Assembly (NCBI GenBank): GCA_009103225.1
Contig: RHPI01002836.1
Span: forward strand, 375,590-395,783
Direction: 5' to 3'
Origin: Chlorokybus atmophyticus
Lineage: Eukaryota; Plantae; Mesostigma and Chlorokybus algae
Length of the DNA stretch: 20,194 bases
In this document: one piece after another, positions 12,045-20,194 of the stretch
Layout of the letters: each line of letters opens with the position of its first letter
Position numbering within the stretch: position 1 is the first letter of the stretch
Notes under the pieces: generated by a model
What the model was told of the DNA's origin: nothing
Seen by the model: only the letters and a program-made list of their open reading frames with translations
Database searches by the model: none
Made by a program: the position numbers and the translations under genes

Positions 12045-12460
12045 TGTTGACATACACACGTGCAAGTGACACGCCACTAACATCAACACAAGAGCATGAC
12101 TGCTACTGCCATTAATGCCATACAAGTCCAGGGGTTTTATACCCCGTCAGTTTCTACACACGTCTACATTTGCAAGCACCGCGTGCACAATACTTAGCCT
12201 TTCAACGCGCTTTAAGTTGCGCTGTTTAGCTCACGACCAGAGGTTTTCAACAAGCTAAGCCACACCTGCCTAGCTTACGTATCCACAAAGCTACGCGGTT
12301 TCTCCCAACGCTCTACTCAGCATCTGGTCCGGGGTCCATCCTGGCTCGACCATCTTGCCAAGTCCGGAGTCCACGTGCTCAGCCATACATTCGACTCTCG
12401 ACTCTTGTGTAGAGGGCAAGCTGACCAGATACAAGCATCACCCATGTGATACCTTCAACA
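12045..12460 (-). mobile_element. 3' LTR of copia element C (416 bp)
   Basis: TGTTGA...TCAACA termini; TATAAAA box near 12135-12141; PPT-like GCTGCCCACGTGGGAG at 12461-12476. Confidence 0.88.
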
Positions 12461-13444
12461 CTCCCACGTGGGCAGCTTGGTCTTCAACACCTCCAACATA
12501 TTTGCAATCCTTGCTTCTCTTCTTCTTCCGAACGATGGCATAGAAGCTCTTGACCTCCTCTTGCTCCAGCTCCTCCACGCTTCCCACCAACGCTTGAAAC
12601 TTGTTTGTAGAGAACATCTTGTCCTTCATAGCAACTCGGGCCCCTTGGTTGGCCTTCAACTTCTTGCCCTTGTCTCTGTGATGCTCTTGATGCACATGCT
12701 CCTTGCTAACCTTCACTTGCTGCACCTTGCTCGCCAGCGCTTCCTTGTAGCTGTTTGCAGCTCCCACGGGCTCCGAGCTCCTTGTGACAGCAACCTTCTG
12801 TGCCTCCTCCTTGTTGCCATGACCTTGTGGTGTCTTAAACGCTATCTTCTCGACCACCCTTGTCTTTGCAACAACCTTATGCGCACCGTCCTCCTCCACA
12901 TAGTAGAGTCCACCCATGTTGATGCCTACTACATGCGTGACACCGCCAAGCTCTATACGAGCCTTGTCCGCATCAAACACAGCCCTTGCACCGACTATCG
13001 TGGCTCTACGTACTGAGAACAAACTAGCACATGCACCTGGCACATACAGTACATCCCTAAGCACAACCTCCTTCACCATACACAGGGCTATTTACGCGCG
13101 GACCAGTCGTACGCGGTCCGCAGACCACGGCTGGTACGCTGTGGCGGACCAGTGCCGTGACTGGTCCGGCGTGACCGTACCACCGGTGGTCCTGTCGCGG
13201 AGCCGAACGGCATGGTCCCATAGACCGGACCAGGGCTAATCACGGGCCCCGCGGCCTGCGACCCAGTGCAGCACTGGTCAGCACGCGGCTTGAGCAGTAG
13301 GACAAGGGCTGGTCGCATACCCTGCGGCCTATAAGCCAAGGCACCACTGGTACAACAAGTGACAGTTGCTATGACCAGGTTTGGTTCGTACACCAACGTT
13401 GTCTTGCGACCTGACATGGCAAGTACCGCGCGTCCTTCTGTTCA

Positions 13445-18270
<4,826 letters not shown>

Positions 18271-19749
18271 TAGCTGTTAAAGCACAGTTGTTTCAATTGC
18301 TACCGGTTGAATTTTTACAAGTCCGGCTGCAGCCGGCCAATGTGTAAACTATCTCAAAGACGCGCACCAGCCATGGTTCGTAGGTGCGGACCATGGCTGG
18401 TGCGCGGCTCTTGTCACAGGCAACTAGGCTTGAAAAAACAAATCGGACCAAGGATGGTCCCTGCAAAGTACCATTCCCGGTCCGATTTACACCAGCTTTC
18501 AACCGGCACCAACCCTGGCTCGATTTTTGAGGGGACCGTGGGACAATTACGTACTGTTTGGACCAGCCCTGGTCCCCGCGTGCAGACCAAGGCGGGCGAC
18601 CCTGGTCCGGACCCCAAGCCGCCCGGGCAAGTTGGCCCTGGTCTGTACCCGCGGACCAACCCTGGTTTACGGGAAAAATCTCGTGTGATACAACCAACCT
18701 TGCACCTCAGATTTGCATCTCCCTTTGCAACAGCTTTCAGCATCTGCCGGTTCCCAAAATCCACCGTGATTGGCTCAGGTAAAGGAGTGAGGTTGGTGAG
18801 CTTGCTCCTGTCGCTTGTGAGATGCCTGTTCGCTCCCGTGTCCAGCACCCACCCAGGATACTCCGCTCCCTCATCCAATGCATGGAAAGCAACCGCTCGA
18901 TGCTCACCATCAGCCTTCTTCAACTTGGGACACTTCATCTTGATGTGACCACGCTCCCCGCATTGCCAACACTCCACGTTGATGCCTCGAACGCCCTTCC
19001 TCACATGATGCTTCGATGATGACGTGAATGCCATAGCACCTCCAGGTGCTCCCTCCCCATCATCGTCCTCCTTCCTCGAGCGCTGCTCTTCTTGAAGAAG
19101 CATTGGTGTCACCCCATCCATTGACAAGTCCTCCTTCCCAGACTCCAAGATAGTGACAACCACCATGTACTCTTTGGGCAAACCTTAGAGCACAGCCCAC
19201 ACCACCTCAACTTCCTTGAGCTCGTGGCCAACACCCAGCAAGTCCCTCCACAACGCCTTCGCTCGCGCCATGAACTTAACAATGGGCTCCCCGCTCTCCT
19301 TGCGCAATGAGTTGAGCTCCTGCCTGAGCAACAGTCTCCTCGCCATGTTGCGCGACTTGAAGTGGCTATCCAACCTCGTCCAAAGCTCCTGTGCACTCTT
19401 GCACTCCTTTACTAGCACCAGGTGATGATCAGCCATGTGCAAACTTATCAAAGACAAAGCTTTTCTCTCCCTTGTTTTGCCCAGACACTCGCTTCGCCTA
19501 CAGGGACTGCCTCCGCTGGATCCACATACTTCCACAGCTCCTTGTGGGCCAGTAGTAGCTCCATCTTCACGCTCCATATGTTGTAGTTGTCAACGTCCAG
19601 TGGTTCAATTGTGAACTTCAAGCCGTTCATGCTTGTGGCCGTGGTTGCCCCTCTGCTACTTGCAGACTTTACAACCAGCATAGTCTGCATCACAGTAGCC
19701 CTGCAGTTCTGTACTGCCCTGGCCATACTTGATGCCCACTGCCACTGTT

Positions 19750-20194
19750 TGTTGAAGATATTCTTGTATCCAGTCAGCTTGCCCTGTGGATAAGAATAGC
19801 CGCGAGAAGATTCAGGCGCGAGAAGGTGCCAGTCGAGAAAGGTCCAGGCGAGGACTTCAGTCGAGAAGGTTCCAGGCGCGGAGTCGAGTCCGGAGTCTGG
19901 AGACTTCCAGGCGCTGTAGAAGAAACGTTGTAGCTCGGTGGTTACTTGGCTAACTGGCACGTATGGCGGCTTGTTGGAAAGCTCTTGAAAGTAGCTACGT
20001 TGTGCAACTTAGAGCGCAGGAGTTGGTTGAGTGTAGAAGTCGTGGTGGCTTTTAAAGTAGACATGTGCAGAATTGGCGGGTATAAAAGCCCGCGATATAA
20101 CTTGTTGTAATCCTTAGAAAGCCTTTTGGATCAGCCTTGTGTGTATGCTCTGGTAGAGTGTGTGTACTTGTGCTTGCACCAACTCCATGCAACT
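19750..20194 (+). mobile_element. LTR (element E), plus strand, related to LTR C; runs off the window
   Basis: Starts TGTTGAAG. Colinear blocks shared with LTR C: CTTGTATC..GTCAGCTTGCCCT, GCTTGTTG.AA, GCAACTTA.AGCGC, GTAGAC.TGTG.AGAA..G.CGG.GTATAAAA. U3 has repeated CGAGAAG..CCAGGCG units (19803-19913). Confidence 0.85.

Noticed and set aside
20079-20105. Primer-binding site for element C
   Set aside because: The segment aligns with the TATA region of LTR C, so it is internal to plus-strand LTR E.

Overview
Eukaryotic, intron-rich DNA; the GT-AG introns with CA/GC-rich tracts and the element types suggest a green alga (inference). The window is almost entirely a nest of mobile elements. (1) 151-5580 (-): a ~13-exon DDE transposase pseudogene with DxxH and RGTNxLEGFH motifs, best matching the Dada/MULE-IS256 lineage. 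(2) 5674-7902: two diverged copies of one module arranged head-to-head around a TA-rich core. Each copy has a conserved stem-loop, a tRNA-like Pol III unit ending in oligo-T, and a 38-bp block identical at 36 positions just upstream of an exon. (3) 8636-20194: at least five nested Ty1/copia-type pieces. One is a Gag-protease-only element split exactly in frame by a 5.6-kb CACA-ended DNA element (13081-18687, ATA target duplication) that carries an unidentified multi-exon gene. All family assignments are by motif recognition, not database search.
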